Origin: Candidatus Latescibacterota bacterium
Lineage (GTDB): Bacteria > Latescibacterota > UBA2968 > UBA8231
Reading direction: 5' to 3'
DNA: 64,000 nucleotides
Assembly: GCA_965261395.1 (NCBI GenBank)
Contig: OZ253462.1
Location: forward strand, 4,768,001-4,832,000
Positions 36,939-48,188 of the stretch are shown piece by piece (positions within the stretch are counted from its first letter, which is position 1; each line of letters begins with the position of its first letter). Under the pieces are notes generated by a model. The model saw only the letters and a list, made by a program, of their open reading frames with translations, was not told where the DNA came from and did not search any database. Both the position numbers and the translations under genes were made by a program.

Positions 36939-39142
36939 ATGCAAGCGGACTTTAGTTCGAATTTACGCTCATATCTGATTATAGGGGTCTTGCTCTCCGT
37001 CTACGGGTCTGTGGGTACAGGAGCCACCAAGGAGTTGATCATTCTCGGCGGCGAGGAAGGCCGACCTTGGCAAGAAGGAGGAGGAGGATTAGATCCGGTG
37101 ATCATCTTAGGGCCCCAGGAGGTGACAAACGAAAACGTACCTGGGGGGGTTATCGACTTTTCTGCGCGGGAGGGATGGATTTTTCCCGAAAAGGCCGACC
37201 AAACTGACAACATCGCCTTACAACTGCGAGACCGAGGTGGATCTGTAACCGCGCCCACTGTTCTCACAGATCTAGCGGCAGACCTGTTAAAAATGATAGA
37301 CAATAATGCCAGCTCGGCCTTTGAAAGGAAAAGCGCTCCTGGTCGGAATGTCCGGGCGCTGGGCGTGGTCCTCCAGTTCGACCTAGGAGCGCGATTTGGT
37401 GTGAGTCGCATCCGCTTCTTCCCCAGGAACGCCGCTCCAGATTTTCTCGCTCCAGATTTTCCCTTTCAAGACGATTATATGAGGGCCTATGAGATTTTTC
37501 TCAACGACGGCACGCGAGAAACACTAGCCGCCGGCCTGCCGGTATTCACCAGCGTTCTGCTCGTACTGCAGAACGACCAACCGGTAGTAGATGTGCAGAT
37601 AGAGCCCCAGTACGTGCGCTATCTCCAGCTAAAATCCCAGACCACAGTGGGCTTTGAAATAGGAGAGTTCCAAGTCTTCGGAGAGGGTTTCGTGCCCACG
37701 GCGGAGTATCATTCGGATATATTCGATCTGGGAGAAAATTTGGCCCTTTGGGGAAATCTGCGCTGGGAGGAGGAGAGCCAAGGCGACCCGATCCGCTCCC
37801 AAGTGCCCATCAGCACTAGGAGCGGCTTTGATGATTCTCCAGTCGTGTTCAATCGCCTCCGCAGCGACCTCGACGGGGCCGAAGTGGCTTGGAAGACGGC
37901 CGATGAATTCGACGAAGGCAGCCAAGCGTGGGAAATCGTCAGTCAACTCGACGCGCCCGATTTCGATATAAAGCAGGCTCGGCAGTTCTACAAAGATTTG
38001 CCCCTCGATAGGAGGAATGAGATATCGCTGACCCAATCCGACTACAATAAACTGAGGTCGGGCAACAAGGGCTCGGTGCGGGACGACTTGGAAAACTGGA
38101 GCGCTTGGTCGCCGCCCTATGCGGCTACGGGTATAACTAGCGCCGATGAAGTATCCGCAGGGATGGGCGGAGTGCCCATCGTTTCGCCCGGTCCAGGGCG
38201 TTACTTTCAGTTCAAAGTGGATTATTTGAGTGAAGATCTCTTTTCGGCCAAAGGCATCGGTTCACTGTCCCTCGATTTTTCCAGGCCGGTACTGGCCGCA
38301 GAGATCGTGGGAGAGATCACCCCACGCCAAGCGGATCTGGGGCAAAAAACAGCTTTTTCCTTGGCACTCATTCCGATATGCGGCCCGAAATCGATCAGGG
38401 CTTCAGTTCCCTCGAAATCAGCACACCCGTAAAAGTGGACGCAGTAGATCGGATTGGCATGTCGCTACCGGATGGATCCCGCCTCGAACAAGATTTCTCG
38501 GATTCGGACCTGAGCGACCTGCCGGTGGAACGCGGGGATTTCCGCATTGATTTGGTCGAGGAAGATCGCTTCCAGATTAGTTTCCCCAAAGTAGAGAATA
38601 GTCGCATAGAAGTGGGACAGATGACCGTCTTGGAAGTGGTTTTCCAATGCGTAGTGCTGCGGACTGGAACCGCCTTTTCCCCCCTAGCCCTGTCCGAAAC
38701 CCCCGGCGAAGTTCCACAACGGGTAGTGGGAGGCAATGTCTTTTACTTGAGCCAAGAAAGTTCCAATGCCACTCTCATTCGCGACCCGGGAAATCTGGTG
38801 GTGCAAGTGGCGAAAAAAGGGGACTTGCTGATCAACGTCAACGCCGTACCAGCAGTCTTTACGCCCAATGGGGATCAGATCAACGATATTGCGCAGATAC
38901 ATTTTGATATCACCGATCTCATCAGCGGGGCCGGCGTAGCGCTGCGGATATACGACTTGTCTGGTGGCATGGTGCGGGAAGTCTATCGCGGAATCGACCA
39001 GAGTGGTCGCTTCACCAAGACGTGGGACGGTACCGATGGCCGAGGTAACACCGTGCCGCCTGGCCTCTACATTTTCAACATTGATTTGGACACCGACGGC
39101 GGCAAGGCCGAGGCGAGCGGCCTCATAGGCGTGGCCTATTGA
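36939..39142 (+). pseudogene. Second FlgD/CHU_C-tailed exported protein, split by a 1-nt frameshift near 38373 (ORFs 36939-38432 and 38378-39142)
   Basis: The two ORFs are colinear with the N- and C-halves of the upstream paralog; adding one base at ATT CC_ GAT gives about 734 aa. Confidence 0.75.
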
Positions 39143-39201
39143 AGGCTGGACCGGGGTATGGATTGCTTCTGAGAAGCGCTTGCTAACGGGAGGGACACCT
39201 G

Positions 39202-41982
39202 ATGGTAGATACAGGTTACAGAGTATGGATAGCACTGTGGATAGTCGCGGCTTTGAGTACGACGGCTTTTCCCCAAGACTACAACAACCGCCTTGGGCAG
39301 CAAAGGGGTGGCAAGGTCACCTTTGAACCCTTGGGACCAGGGGTGTTTTTCGATGCCCTTGATCCCACAGTGAAACGGTGGTATGTCCCCCAAGAACTCT
39401 ACCACGATTACCGCTTCCAGACTTGGGAATACTCCAACTATGCCCGAGATCGCTATGAGCGCTACGTCAACACTACTCGGGAAGGCGAATATTTCTACGA
39501 CACGTTCGGCAATTTCGTCAACCGGGGATGGCTCATCTACGACTGGCGTCAGGAAGCCTTGACCCCTTTGGGCAGTTCCATCTACCAAGATTCGAGGTAT
39601 CAGGGTTGGTTCAACCAAGTGTTGATCGCCGCGGATTCAAAAGGCGGTGCTCTCTACTCCATAACTACAGGGGATCAGATACGCACCACGCTCACCCCCA
39701 TGACCTTTTCCAAGCCGGCATTCAACGGCATTCAGCTAGATTTCGCCGCCGATAAATACGCTGGCACGCTCCTCCTTTCAAGGATTAGTAGCCCAGTCAG
39801 GTCGTCCGTCTCCAGTGCCGATACCCGGACCAATGCCACCAATCTGATCGGCGGCCGGGCCCTAGCCCAGGTGGGCGATTTCGTCACCGTCGGCGCGACT
39901 TGGGTCAATGCCCACAACACCCGTACCACGCTGGGCTCCAGCAACCCCACCAAGGGCACACTGGGCGACGGGCAGGCCAGAGTGCCTATCAACGCTATCG
40001 CCCTCGTGCTCAGCGATGATTCTCCCGAAGACGGGGAGGGAGGAACCGCGCTCTTTTCCCACGATTTAGTCGTGGTGCGCGAAGATTTCCAAAACGGAAT
40101 CCGCGAAACGCTCAGCCTTGCCGACCTAACCAACGATCCAACGCGCTGGCCAGTCATAGAAGGCGGTTTTCGGGAAGAGGGTTTCTTGGCCGCCAACGGC
40201 ATTCAGCGGATCATCATCAACTACGATTTTAACGATCCGGCCTATATCGGTCCCGACCCGACTGAGATCGTAAAAATGACCTTTGATTTGGTACTGGCCA
40301 ACGACTACAAAGTCGAGGTGTGGTCCGACCGCCAGACCGGGCAGGAAACCCCGCCGGAAGCGCCTCTGACTAGAGCGATCCTCGACGAGAGGAATCCGGT
40401 CTTACTCGAGATCGCCCGTGCGCTCGACAATACCAAGGACGGCTCCAACCGGAGAAGGCTGGTTTTCGACTACGGCCTACCCACTGCCACGCAGATTTAT
40501 GGCTTTACCATTGAGGCGCAGGACATCCTAGGTTTCAACTTCTACGGCGAGTACGACATCAACCATAAATTCAGGCAGTATCCCAACCTAGCCTTGTTTA
40601 CCGACGACCGTTCCTTTGAGGACGCTTCGACCCGAGCGGATGCTTGGATGATGAACCTCTCCTTTCAGGATTATCCTTGGTTCTTCTTCGGCGAGGCCTT
40701 TTCCATGGACCACGACTACTCCACTAGTTCCTTCCTACTCAACCAAAATGGCGATATCAACTACGACCAGCCTTCCCAGTTTTTCTACGAGTTCGTCGAA
40801 GACAACGACGATCAGGATCGCACTCCCGATTGGCAGCGAGGCGGTCAGCCGGGTCCCGATTTTTCTATTTTCCCCGGCTGGGACGAAAACAACGACTTCG
40901 TAAGCGATTTCAACCAGAATGACAATCGGACAATCAGCAATCGCATCCCCGATTACGACGAGCCCTTTCTCAGGTATGAGGTCGACCGGCCGGAATTTCT
41001 CTTTGGCATTGACTTGAACAACAACGACTGGATTGACCGTTTCGAGAACGACGACGAGCCAGATTTTCCCTACAAGAGGGACCACAGAGGCTACAATGCC
41101 TATTCCGGCGCTCATGTCATCCCAGGTGTCAGGGTGAGCGTGGGACAGACCCGCGAGGAACTGCTCTCCTCTGAGCGAGAGAATACGACTACCTACGGGC
41201 TGGCGACCGTGGATGGGAATTGGGCCGGTCTAGGGCGCTTGCGGGTGTTCGATATGGTAAAACGAGCCAAAGACACCATCCCCGATGACCGCCGTGCGCC
41301 CCAGGGATTTCTCTTGGCGGGTCTGCCCGCCAAGGTCGCCGATATTCTGCCCGCCCAGGATACCTGGGTGAACTCCCTGTTTATCGGATTCGACTATACG
41401 CGGATTCCGCAACTGAACATCCGCAATAAGATCAAATACGATCTGTACGTTCAGCGCAGCGATGATCTCAGGGCTTTGGACAGAAGTCCACTTCACGATA
41501 GGTCGTCCTTCCTCGGGCTTATCAACAAAGTGGATTATACCTACCGCCTTGAAGGTCTGAGCATTCAGCCGCGCTTCAAAAGCCAGTACTTGAAGCGCAC
41601 ACCATTCTTGCGCCGCGAGGCAGATATCGAGGAATGGGATGGATTCTTGTCGGTGATCCTCAAATTCCCCGTGCTGAGGCATTCGATGATTGAAATGGGC
41701 ACGGAGTTCAGACAGCTAAGAGAATTGAAGGCAGACGAAGATGCCTTGGTCCAGGAGAGCGTAGTGGGACCGACGGGAGATCTAAACGAGACTAACCTAG
41801 CCGTTCAGTGGTCAACCAAGACGGATTACCTAGGGTACGTATTACTGCTACAGACAGGGTTCCGACTGTCTAGGAAATCCTTAGAGACCATCGAGATTAT
41901 GGATCTGGAGGTCGACAAAAAGTCCACCATCGAGACTGGCACCACCACCTTCATAACCATCTACGCCGGGGTGGAACAGTAA
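39202..41982 (+). CDS. Large exported protein, putative outer-membrane beta-barrel with Ca-binding-like motifs
   Basis: Signal peptide; DNDDQD, WDENNDFVSD, IDLNNNDWID; amphipathic strands ending TTFITIYAGVEQ. Confidence 0.7.
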   Translation: MVDTGYRVWIALWIVAALSTTAFPQDYNNRLGQQRGGKVTFEPLGPGVFFDALDPTVKRWYVPQELYHDYRFQTWEYSNYARDRYERYVNTTREGEYFYDTFGNFVNRGWLIYDWRQEALTPLGSSIYQDSRYQGWFNQVLIAADSKGGALYSITTGDQIRTTLTPMTFSKPAFNGIQLDFAADKYAGTLLLSRISSPVRSSVSSADTRTNATNLIGGRALAQVGDFVTVGATWVNAHNTRTTLGSSNPTKGTLGDGQARVPINAIALVLSDDSPEDGEGGTALFSHDLVVVREDFQNGIRETLSLADLTNDPTRWPVIEGGFREEGFLAANGIQRIIINYDFNDPAYIGPDPTEIVKMTFDLVLANDYKVEVWSDRQTGQETPPEAPLTRAILDERNPVLLEIARALDNTKDGSNRRRLVFDYGLPTATQIYGFTIEAQDILGFNFYGEYDINHKFRQYPNLALFTDDRSFEDASTRADAWMMNLSFQDYPWFFFGEAFSMDHDYSTSSFLLNQNGDINYDQPSQFFYEFVEDNDDQDRTPDWQRGGQPGPDFSIFPGWDENNDFVSDFNQNDNRTISNRIPDYDEPFLRYEVDRPEFLFGIDLNNNDWIDRFENDDEPDFPYKRDHRGYNAYSGAHVIPGVRVSVGQTREELLSSERENTTTYGLATVDGNWAGLGRLRVFDMVKRAKDTIPDDRRAPQGFLLAGLPAKVADILPAQDTWVNSLFIGFDYTRIPQLNIRNKIKYDLYVQRSDDLRALDRSPLHDRSSFLGLINKVDYTYRLEGLSIQPRFKSQYLKRTPFLRREADIEEWDGFLSVILKFPVLRHSMIEMGTEFRQLRELKADEDALVQESVVGPTGDLNETNLAVQWSTKTDYLGYVLLLQTGFRLSRKSLETIEIMDLEVDKKSTIETGTTTFITIYAGVEQ

Positions 41983-42071
41983 ATGGCAGGCGCTGATTAC
42001 ACCTGTGGAGCAAGCGAGAATTTTGCTTTGAGCACTCCGTCCTTTTGCGCACAGTCCAATAGGAGGGATCC

Positions 42072-44849
42072 ATGCTAAAAAGGTACGGCTCGTGGTATGT
42101 TGTGGGGATACTCTGCGTACTAGCTTTATCGTCCGCTACTGGCTGGGCTGCGCAAAACTATGGGGCTCTCTTAGGGCACCAAGCCAATGACGGCACAGTG
42201 GTGTATCGCTCTGAGGGTCCCAAGACCCTGCTGGGCAACGTGGAGCCATCGGTGCGGAAACGGTATCTGCCCCAAGAGCTGTATCAGGAGTACCAGTGGC
42301 AGACTTGGCAGTACACTAACTACGCTGGCAATCCCTATCAGAGATATGTGGCGCAAAGCCTCTGGGGCGATTATTTCTACGATGTGTACGGAAATTTCCT
42401 GACCAGAGGATGGTTGGTCTACGACTGGACCGAGGATCACCCGCGAATCTCCGAGGGCAGTCGTCTGCTGAAAAGAGGAGCATATTCCGGTTTCTTTAGC
42501 TCATTGATTGTAGCCTCCGACCAGAAAGGTCAATATTCCTTTTCCATTTCCGTTGGCGACGAACTGGTCACGACCCTGACGCCAATGACCTTTCGCAAGT
42601 CTGTGTACAACGGTGCCCAAGTCGATCTCATGTCGGACGCGGTCGAGCTGACTGGTATCTTTTCCCGCATCAGCGCACCGGGCTTCATCACCGATCCGAA
42701 TCCGGCCTCTTTCAACAACTACACCAACCTGATAGGGGGCCGGACTAGGGTCCGACTAGGTGATGCCATTACCTTGGGAGGGGTCTTCGTCAATTCCCAC
42801 AACGGCCGGGGGACCGTGCAGAGCTTTGAGGGCAATCCCTTCAAAGGGGAATTAACCTCGCTGCAGTTACAAAACCAGATCAGTACTATTGTCATCCGGC
42901 TGAGCGACGACTCACCGGCCGATGATATCGGGGGGAGCGTCCTACTAGCGGATAATGTAGAAATAGCGACGACTATCGGAGACAGAGACACCGTGCTAGT
43001 CGGCAATGAGATCGGCTTCACACCCCATAGGCAGGGAGGCACCATCATAGAAGGCGTGCGCACGGCCAACGGTACGGAACAGATCACCTTGCGTTACGAC
43101 TTAAACGACCTAGCCGTGATTCTCGACGACAAGGATGCCATCAACAACATCCGGGATCTCCGCTTCAGACTGGTCCTAGTCAACGACTATCGGATCGAGA
43201 TCACTTCCGATCAGCAGACCAACTTTGAAGGACAACCGGTCTTTCTGCTGATGGCCCAGGCCGAAGGCAATATTCAGGACGGATCGAATAAGCGCGAAGT
43301 GGTCTTCAACTACGGCTTGCCCACTGCTAACCAGCTATTGGGCTTCACGATCGAGGCCCGAGATTTCCTAGGATTTGACTTTTACACCGAGTTCGATGTG
43401 AACCACCAGTACAGAAAATACCCCAACCGCCGGGTGCAGACGCACAGGGCTTACTCGGGACTCGTCGGCGACGAAAACGCCAAAGCCTGGATGATGAATC
43501 TGTCCAAATCGGTCTTCTCTTGGTCCCTCTTTGTCGAGGGCTTCTACATGGATGAGGCCTACAATACCAGTCCCTTCATATCGGATGGTAGCGGCCGCGT
43601 AGATTACGAAGACGGAACCAGGAGCATCTACGACTTCGTCGACGACAACGACGATCAGGACAAGAAACCCGACCAAAAGCGGCGCTACCAAGATCCTAGG
43701 ACTGGCGAGGAATTCCGCGCCGATAGAACCGGAAGATCCGCCGAAGGTTTCGCCGACGAGGCGGTGTTCCCCGGCTGGGATCAGAACAACGATTTCATCT
43801 CCGACTTCAACCAAAACAGCAACATCTTCAGTGATAACCGCTTCCCGGACTACGAGGAACCCTTCCTGCGCTATGGTTCAGACCGACCTGAATACCTCTT
43901 CGGTATCGATCTCAACAACAACGGCTGGGTCGATCAGTTCGAAAACGACAACCTGCCCGATTATCCTTACAAGAGGGATCGCAAGGGCTACAACCTGTAC
44001 CTGCGCAATCAGGTAACTCCGCACTTGCAACTCACCGCCGGGCAGGCCCGCGAACAGCTCCTTTCAGACGACCGCCAAAATCTGACCACCTACGCCCTAG
44101 TGAGCTTTGAACAGGAGTACGCCCGGATCGGACGGGTGAGCATCTTCGACATGCTCAAAAAGGCGGCAGACGATATTCAGGACGACCTCTTTCAATGGGT
44201 ACAAGTTCCAGGTCTGCCCGGATCGCACCAAGCAATAGACGACCCCCTCTTCGCCCAAGATACCTATATCAATACCTTTTGGCTGGGTTTGGACCGTCGG
44301 ACAAATATCGGGGTCAATTTTTCCAATAAATTCAAGTACGAGACCGTGAGACAGCGGGAGAAAGGTAACAATCTAGGTTTTAAGGACGATACGCGTTTCC
44401 TCGGGATCATCAATAAGGCCGACTATCTGTACCAGTACAAAACTCTGACGATGCGACCGAAGATCAAGAGCGAATTTCTCAAGGACAATACTCCCTATTC
44501 TATGGGAGGTGTGCGCCCTGTGCGAGATCAATGGACTGGTTTGTTCTTCTTGACCCTCAAATTCCCCGTTCTGCGGCGAACGACCATAGAGACGGGTATA
44601 GAACAACTCTTTTTCAGGGATTCGGTGGTTGATGAGGACGATTTAGCAGCGGGTGAATTCACCGAGGATTTCAACAGCACGGTCTTGGCTATGCAACTTT
44701 CGAACAGGGGGGAGTACCTAGGCTATGTGCTCACGGCCCAACTCGGCTACAGTATCCGTAGAATCAGTCAAGAGCGAGTCGAAAGAGATGACCGGTCACA
44801 GATAGATAGTACCGTGTTTATGACGATGTACGCCAGCCTGAAAGATTGA
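42072..44849 (+). CDS. Paralog of the preceding putative outer-membrane protein
   Basis: Shares PQELY, TTLTPMTF, NLIGGR, LSDDSP, YGLPTA, FPGWDxNNDFxSDFNQN, RPExLFGIDLNNN, LKFPVLR. Confidence 0.7.
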   Translation: MLKRYGSWYVVGILCVLALSSATGWAAQNYGALLGHQANDGTVVYRSEGPKTLLGNVEPSVRKRYLPQELYQEYQWQTWQYTNYAGNPYQRYVAQSLWGDYFYDVYGNFLTRGWLVYDWTEDHPRISEGSRLLKRGAYSGFFSSLIVASDQKGQYSFSISVGDELVTTLTPMTFRKSVYNGAQVDLMSDAVELTGIFSRISAPGFITDPNPASFNNYTNLIGGRTRVRLGDAITLGGVFVNSHNGRGTVQSFEGNPFKGELTSLQLQNQISTIVIRLSDDSPADDIGGSVLLADNVEIATTIGDRDTVLVGNEIGFTPHRQGGTIIEGVRTANGTEQITLRYDLNDLAVILDDKDAINNIRDLRFRLVLVNDYRIEITSDQQTNFEGQPVFLLMAQAEGNIQDGSNKREVVFNYGLPTANQLLGFTIEARDFLGFDFYTEFDVNHQYRKYPNRRVQTHRAYSGLVGDENAKAWMMNLSKSVFSWSLFVEGFYMDEAYNTSPFISDGSGRVDYEDGTRSIYDFVDDNDDQDKKPDQKRRYQDPRTGEEFRADRTGRSAEGFADEAVFPGWDQNNDFISDFNQNSNIFSDNRFPDYEEPFLRYGSDRPEYLFGIDLNNNGWVDQFENDNLPDYPYKRDRKGYNLYLRNQVTPHLQLTAGQAREQLLSDDRQNLTTYALVSFEQEYARIGRVSIFDMLKKAADDIQDDLFQWVQVPGLPGSHQAIDDPLFAQDTYINTFWLGLDRRTNIGVNFSNKFKYETVRQREKGNNLGFKDDTRFLGIINKADYLYQYKTLTMRPKIKSEFLKDNTPYSMGGVRPVRDQWTGLFFLTLKFPVLRRTTIETGIEQLFFRDSVVDEDDLAAGEFTEDFNSTVLAMQLSNRGEYLGYVLTAQLGYSIRRISQERVERDDRSQIDSTVFMTMYASLKD

Positions 44850-44900
44850 TACCGGGCGGCAGATTCTACTCCCGATTCCATAAAGAAGGAAGCACCAATT

Positions 44901-46190
44901 ATGCGAAGTACCGTCTCTGCACCAGATCTGGGATTGGTGGAGTCTCTCTTTGCAGAAATTGAAAAAATTCCGTGTATCAACTCCCACTCCCACATGGGGC
45001 CGGAAGCCGAGCGCCTAGCGCAGCAGATAGACGCTCTCGCCTTTTTCAACCACGCCTATCCGGCTGCCGACTTGGTGGTGGCCGGCCTCTCTCCCGAGAA
45101 TAAAGAGGCCCTTTTCGACGCTCGACGCCCGCTGGACCAGCGGTGGTGTCTGTTCGAGCCGTACTGGAACCGGATCCGCCTGACCGGGTACTCCCAGTGC
45201 ATCTTGACCGGCTGCCGCGATCTGCTCGGCTTCGACGATCTGACAGCCGCCACAGTTGGACCACTCTCTGAGGCCATCCAAGCACATAGCAAACCGGGCT
45301 TCTACAAAACGGTGCTGCAGCAGCGAGCCAATCTCGCAAGGTCAGTGGTCAATATGGAAGATCTGATTGAGGTGGACCGGACCTTATTCCTGCCCCTGCC
45401 CCGCCTCAACCGCTTCAGCATGCTCCGCACGGCTGAGCAAATCCACGCGATAGAGCGCGACTACGATGTGTCCATCGGCGATCTGCGCCAGCACGTCGCA
45501 GTCATTCGACAGGTGTGCCAAGACTGGAAGGAAGCCCGGGTGGCCGGGGTCAAGATGTCGCAATCCTACCACCGCCGCATGGACTTCAAAGAACGGGACG
45601 CCGGCCAAGCCGCTGTTATTTTCGACCGTCTGTTGCAAGACGACTACGCTGGGCTTGATTCGGCAGAAGGTGCACTGCTGGAGGACTACCTAGTCTTCGA
45701 ATGCTGCCAGGCCGCTGCGGAAGCTGACCTGACCGTCCAGTTCCACCTAGGCATGCGGGCGGGCAACAATGGGGGTATGGAAGGGTGCAGTCCAGTGCCG
45801 CTCATCCCCTTGCTGCAGGCCTTCCCCCAAGTCCGCTTTGACCTCTCCCACGCCGGCTTCCCCTATCTGCGCGAGGGCGCCGTGTTGGGCAAGACCTTTG
45901 CCAATGTCTATCTGAACATGTCTTGGATCCACATCATCTCCCCCTTCGGGTCTCGGCTAGATCTGCGAGAGTGGCTCCAGATGGTGCCCTACAACAAAAT
46001 TATCGCCTTTGGGGATGACTTACAGCAGGTCGAGACGGTCTACGGGCACTTGCAGATGGCACGCCGGAATTTCGCCTATGCGCTGGGAGCTCTGCTGGAA
46101 GAGGGCTTGCTGTCCGAGTCGATGGCTCTCGACGTGGCCCAAGCGACCTTTCGCGACAATCCGGCGATGGTCTACGGAGTCAATGCCTGA
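44901..46190 (+). CDS. Amidohydrolase family protein (uronate isomerase-like barrel)
   Basis: INSHSH, VQFHLG, LSHAGFPY, KIIAFGDD. Confidence 0.82.
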   Translation: MRSTVSAPDLGLVESLFAEIEKIPCINSHSHMGPEAERLAQQIDALAFFNHAYPAADLVVAGLSPENKEALFDARRPLDQRWCLFEPYWNRIRLTGYSQCILTGCRDLLGFDDLTAATVGPLSEAIQAHSKPGFYKTVLQQRANLARSVVNMEDLIEVDRTLFLPLPRLNRFSMLRTAEQIHAIERDYDVSIGDLRQHVAVIRQVCQDWKEARVAGVKMSQSYHRRMDFKERDAGQAAVIFDRLLQDDYAGLDSAEGALLEDYLVFECCQAAAEADLTVQFHLGMRAGNNGGMEGCSPVPLIPLLQAFPQVRFDLSHAGFPYLREGAVLGKTFANVYLNMSWIHIISPFGSRLDLREWLQMVPYNKIIAFGDDLQQVETVYGHLQMARRNFAYALGALLEEGLLSESMALDVAQATFRDNPAMVYGVNA

Positions 46191-48146
46191 TTACCAGTCA
46201 TGCACATTGTGGCCCTGCAAGGGAAACCAGATTACATCCACTACTCCCGAGAGCACGACGCCGATTACATAGCCCACGCCCAAGCCGTAAAAAAAGGGCT
46301 TGCCCTTGCGGTACGCTCTGACTCCGCCGTAGCGCAGCAGTAGCAATTTAGCTATCCAGACCAAAAACAGGCTGAACCAATAGATGGATGTGCCCGAGGT
46401 ATGCTGAAAGGCCAGCCCAATGGGATGGAGCGAGAACCAGTGAAAGCGGGCCCGTAACAGCGCTAGGCCTCCCGACTGCAACAAGCCCCAGCCCCAGACG
46501 CCCCACTTCCCCGGATCCCCAACTCTGGGATTTTGCAGCAGATGCACTGTTTCGTCTAAGAGGCCGGTCGCACCCATCAGAAAAACGCCCCCCCCTTTGT
46601 CATAGGCCATCTCGAGGCTGGCCCATACCGCGGTTAGAAAACCCACTGCAAAGGCGACTAGCACCGTAGCGGTCACCAGCCACGGCTGATCCCGTAGCGA
46701 GAAAATGCGCAGATGGTGTGGGATGGCGGGCCAAGCCGGCAGACGGATATTGCCGAAAAAAGCATGACCGGTGAACATCTTGAAGGCGACTAGGTCCTGC
46801 GGTGACAGGCGGGCCGAGCCCACCAAATCGACGATGAAAGAACTCCCCTTGGCATTGGGCCAACTGGGCATGAGGTAGGGAAAGCCCGTGGCCGCAATGA
46901 GTTTGATGGTGACGAAAAAGGTCGATACCATCAGGACAAAGGCACCGGTGGCCAGCGGTAAACTCGCCCCCAGACTGCAAGCCCAAGCGATGACATAGAG
47001 GGCCGACAGGATCAGACCGACCAAGGCCAAGCGATAGATCCCGACTTGGCGCCGGTCCCCCTCCCCGGTGCGTACCTGTCGCCACACTTCTCGCAAGTGC
47101 CGGCGGGCTAAGTACACAGACCAGCAGGCCACAAAGACGATGGCCCCCAAGCTTTCCAGCGAGAGGATCGCCTGCGGTGCCAAAGGCTGCCCCTCTGCAC
47201 CTATGACTAGTCCCACCCGATCCATCAGCCCTATTTTGACCGTAGCCAGCAGAGCGAAGACGACTAGGCTGCCCAGGATATCCAGCGGACATAGATAGGT
47301 CAAAGCCATAACCAAAGGCAGAACGCGGATGGTCAGACCCGGGAAAGGTTGGGGCAATTCGAGGTGGAAGCGTTTGGTATAGAGTTCAAACAGCGGCAAA
47401 CCCGGCGTGAAGTATGCGCCGATATTGTAGAGTAGGGGCAATAAGACAACCCCGCAGCCGATCCAGAACAGACCCGAGCAGAACAGGTCGGGCACCCGTC
47501 GCGGCCCGTCGAAGCCCCGCGTCAGATCAAGGGGCATCTGCGCCAGCGGGAAAGAGAGTTTTTCGGCTTCCATCCACTGGCGCTGGAATAGTACCACCAA
47601 GCAAAAGCCGAATACCACCATGCCCAGCGAGGCCCCCATCCACTGGATAATTGCCCCGACCCAGCCATCCCACGGCACCGCCGCCCCCTGAGGTAGCCCC
47701 ATCCAGAAGGTATCTAGCACCCGAGGCGAGGAGTCGGGAAAGACGCCCCAGGGCAAATAGGGAAAGAGCAGGTCCGACCACTGGTTTTCAGGTGTGGCCA
47801 TGTAGAAGGGCGCTCCGAGAATGGCGATCCAGTAGTCGCTCCAGCCCCACTGCGGCAAAGCACCCACCACCCAGAGCATGGTGAAAATAGTCAGCAGTTC
47901 GCCCCGGTCTAGGGCCAGCCGGGGCCACATGCGCCCGCAGGCGGCGTTGAGGAAAAGCCACAGCACGAAGGGCATAAAGACCACCATGGGGAACTGCGAG
48001 CGGACATAGCTCCCCGACCCCGATGCTTGTCCGACCTCGAGGATGAGGTAGTAGAATACAGCGACAATGGTCAGCCCCCCTAGAATCAGGGCACGCAAGG
48101 TAATCCGAGGGGGCTTGGAGTCGTCTAATGAACGGATGTTACGCAC
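46191..48146 (-). CDS. DUF6785-DUF6784 membrane protein (more divergent paralog)
   Basis: ITLRALILG, ATPENQW, RQWMEAEKLSFPLAQMP, LHPIGL, LRYGG, KPFFYGL. Confidence 0.82.
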   Translation of the reverse strand: MRNIRSLDDSKPPRITLRALILGGLTIVAVFYYLILEVGQASGSGSYVRSQFPMVVFMPFVLWLFLNAACGRMWPRLALDRGELLTIFTMLWVVGALPQWGWSDYWIAILGAPFYMATPENQWSDLLFPYLPWGVFPDSSPRVLDTFWMGLPQGAAVPWDGWVGAIIQWMGASLGMVVFGFCLVVLFQRQWMEAEKLSFPLAQMPLDLTRGFDGPRRVPDLFCSGLFWIGCGVVLLPLLYNIGAYFTPGLPLFELYTKRFHLELPQPFPGLTIRVLPLVMALTYLCPLDILGSLVVFALLATVKIGLMDRVGLVIGAEGQPLAPQAILSLESLGAIVFVACWSVYLARRHLREVWRQVRTGEGDRRQVGIYRLALVGLILSALYVIAWACSLGASLPLATGAFVLMVSTFFVTIKLIAATGFPYLMPSWPNAKGSSFIVDLVGSARLSPQDLVAFKMFTGHAFFGNIRLPAWPAIPHHLRIFSLRDQPWLVTATVLVAFAVGFLTAVWASLEMAYDKGGGVFLMGATGLLDETVHLLQNPRVGDPGKWGVWGWGLLQSGGLALLRARFHWFSLHPIGLAFQHTSGTSIYWFSLFLVWIAKLLLLRYGGVRAYRKGKPFFYGLGVGYVIGVVLSGVVDVIWFPLQGHNVHDW

Positions 48147-48188
48147 CTTCCCATTTTCTGTTAGTCTCGCGCCTTCGAAGCATCCTGC

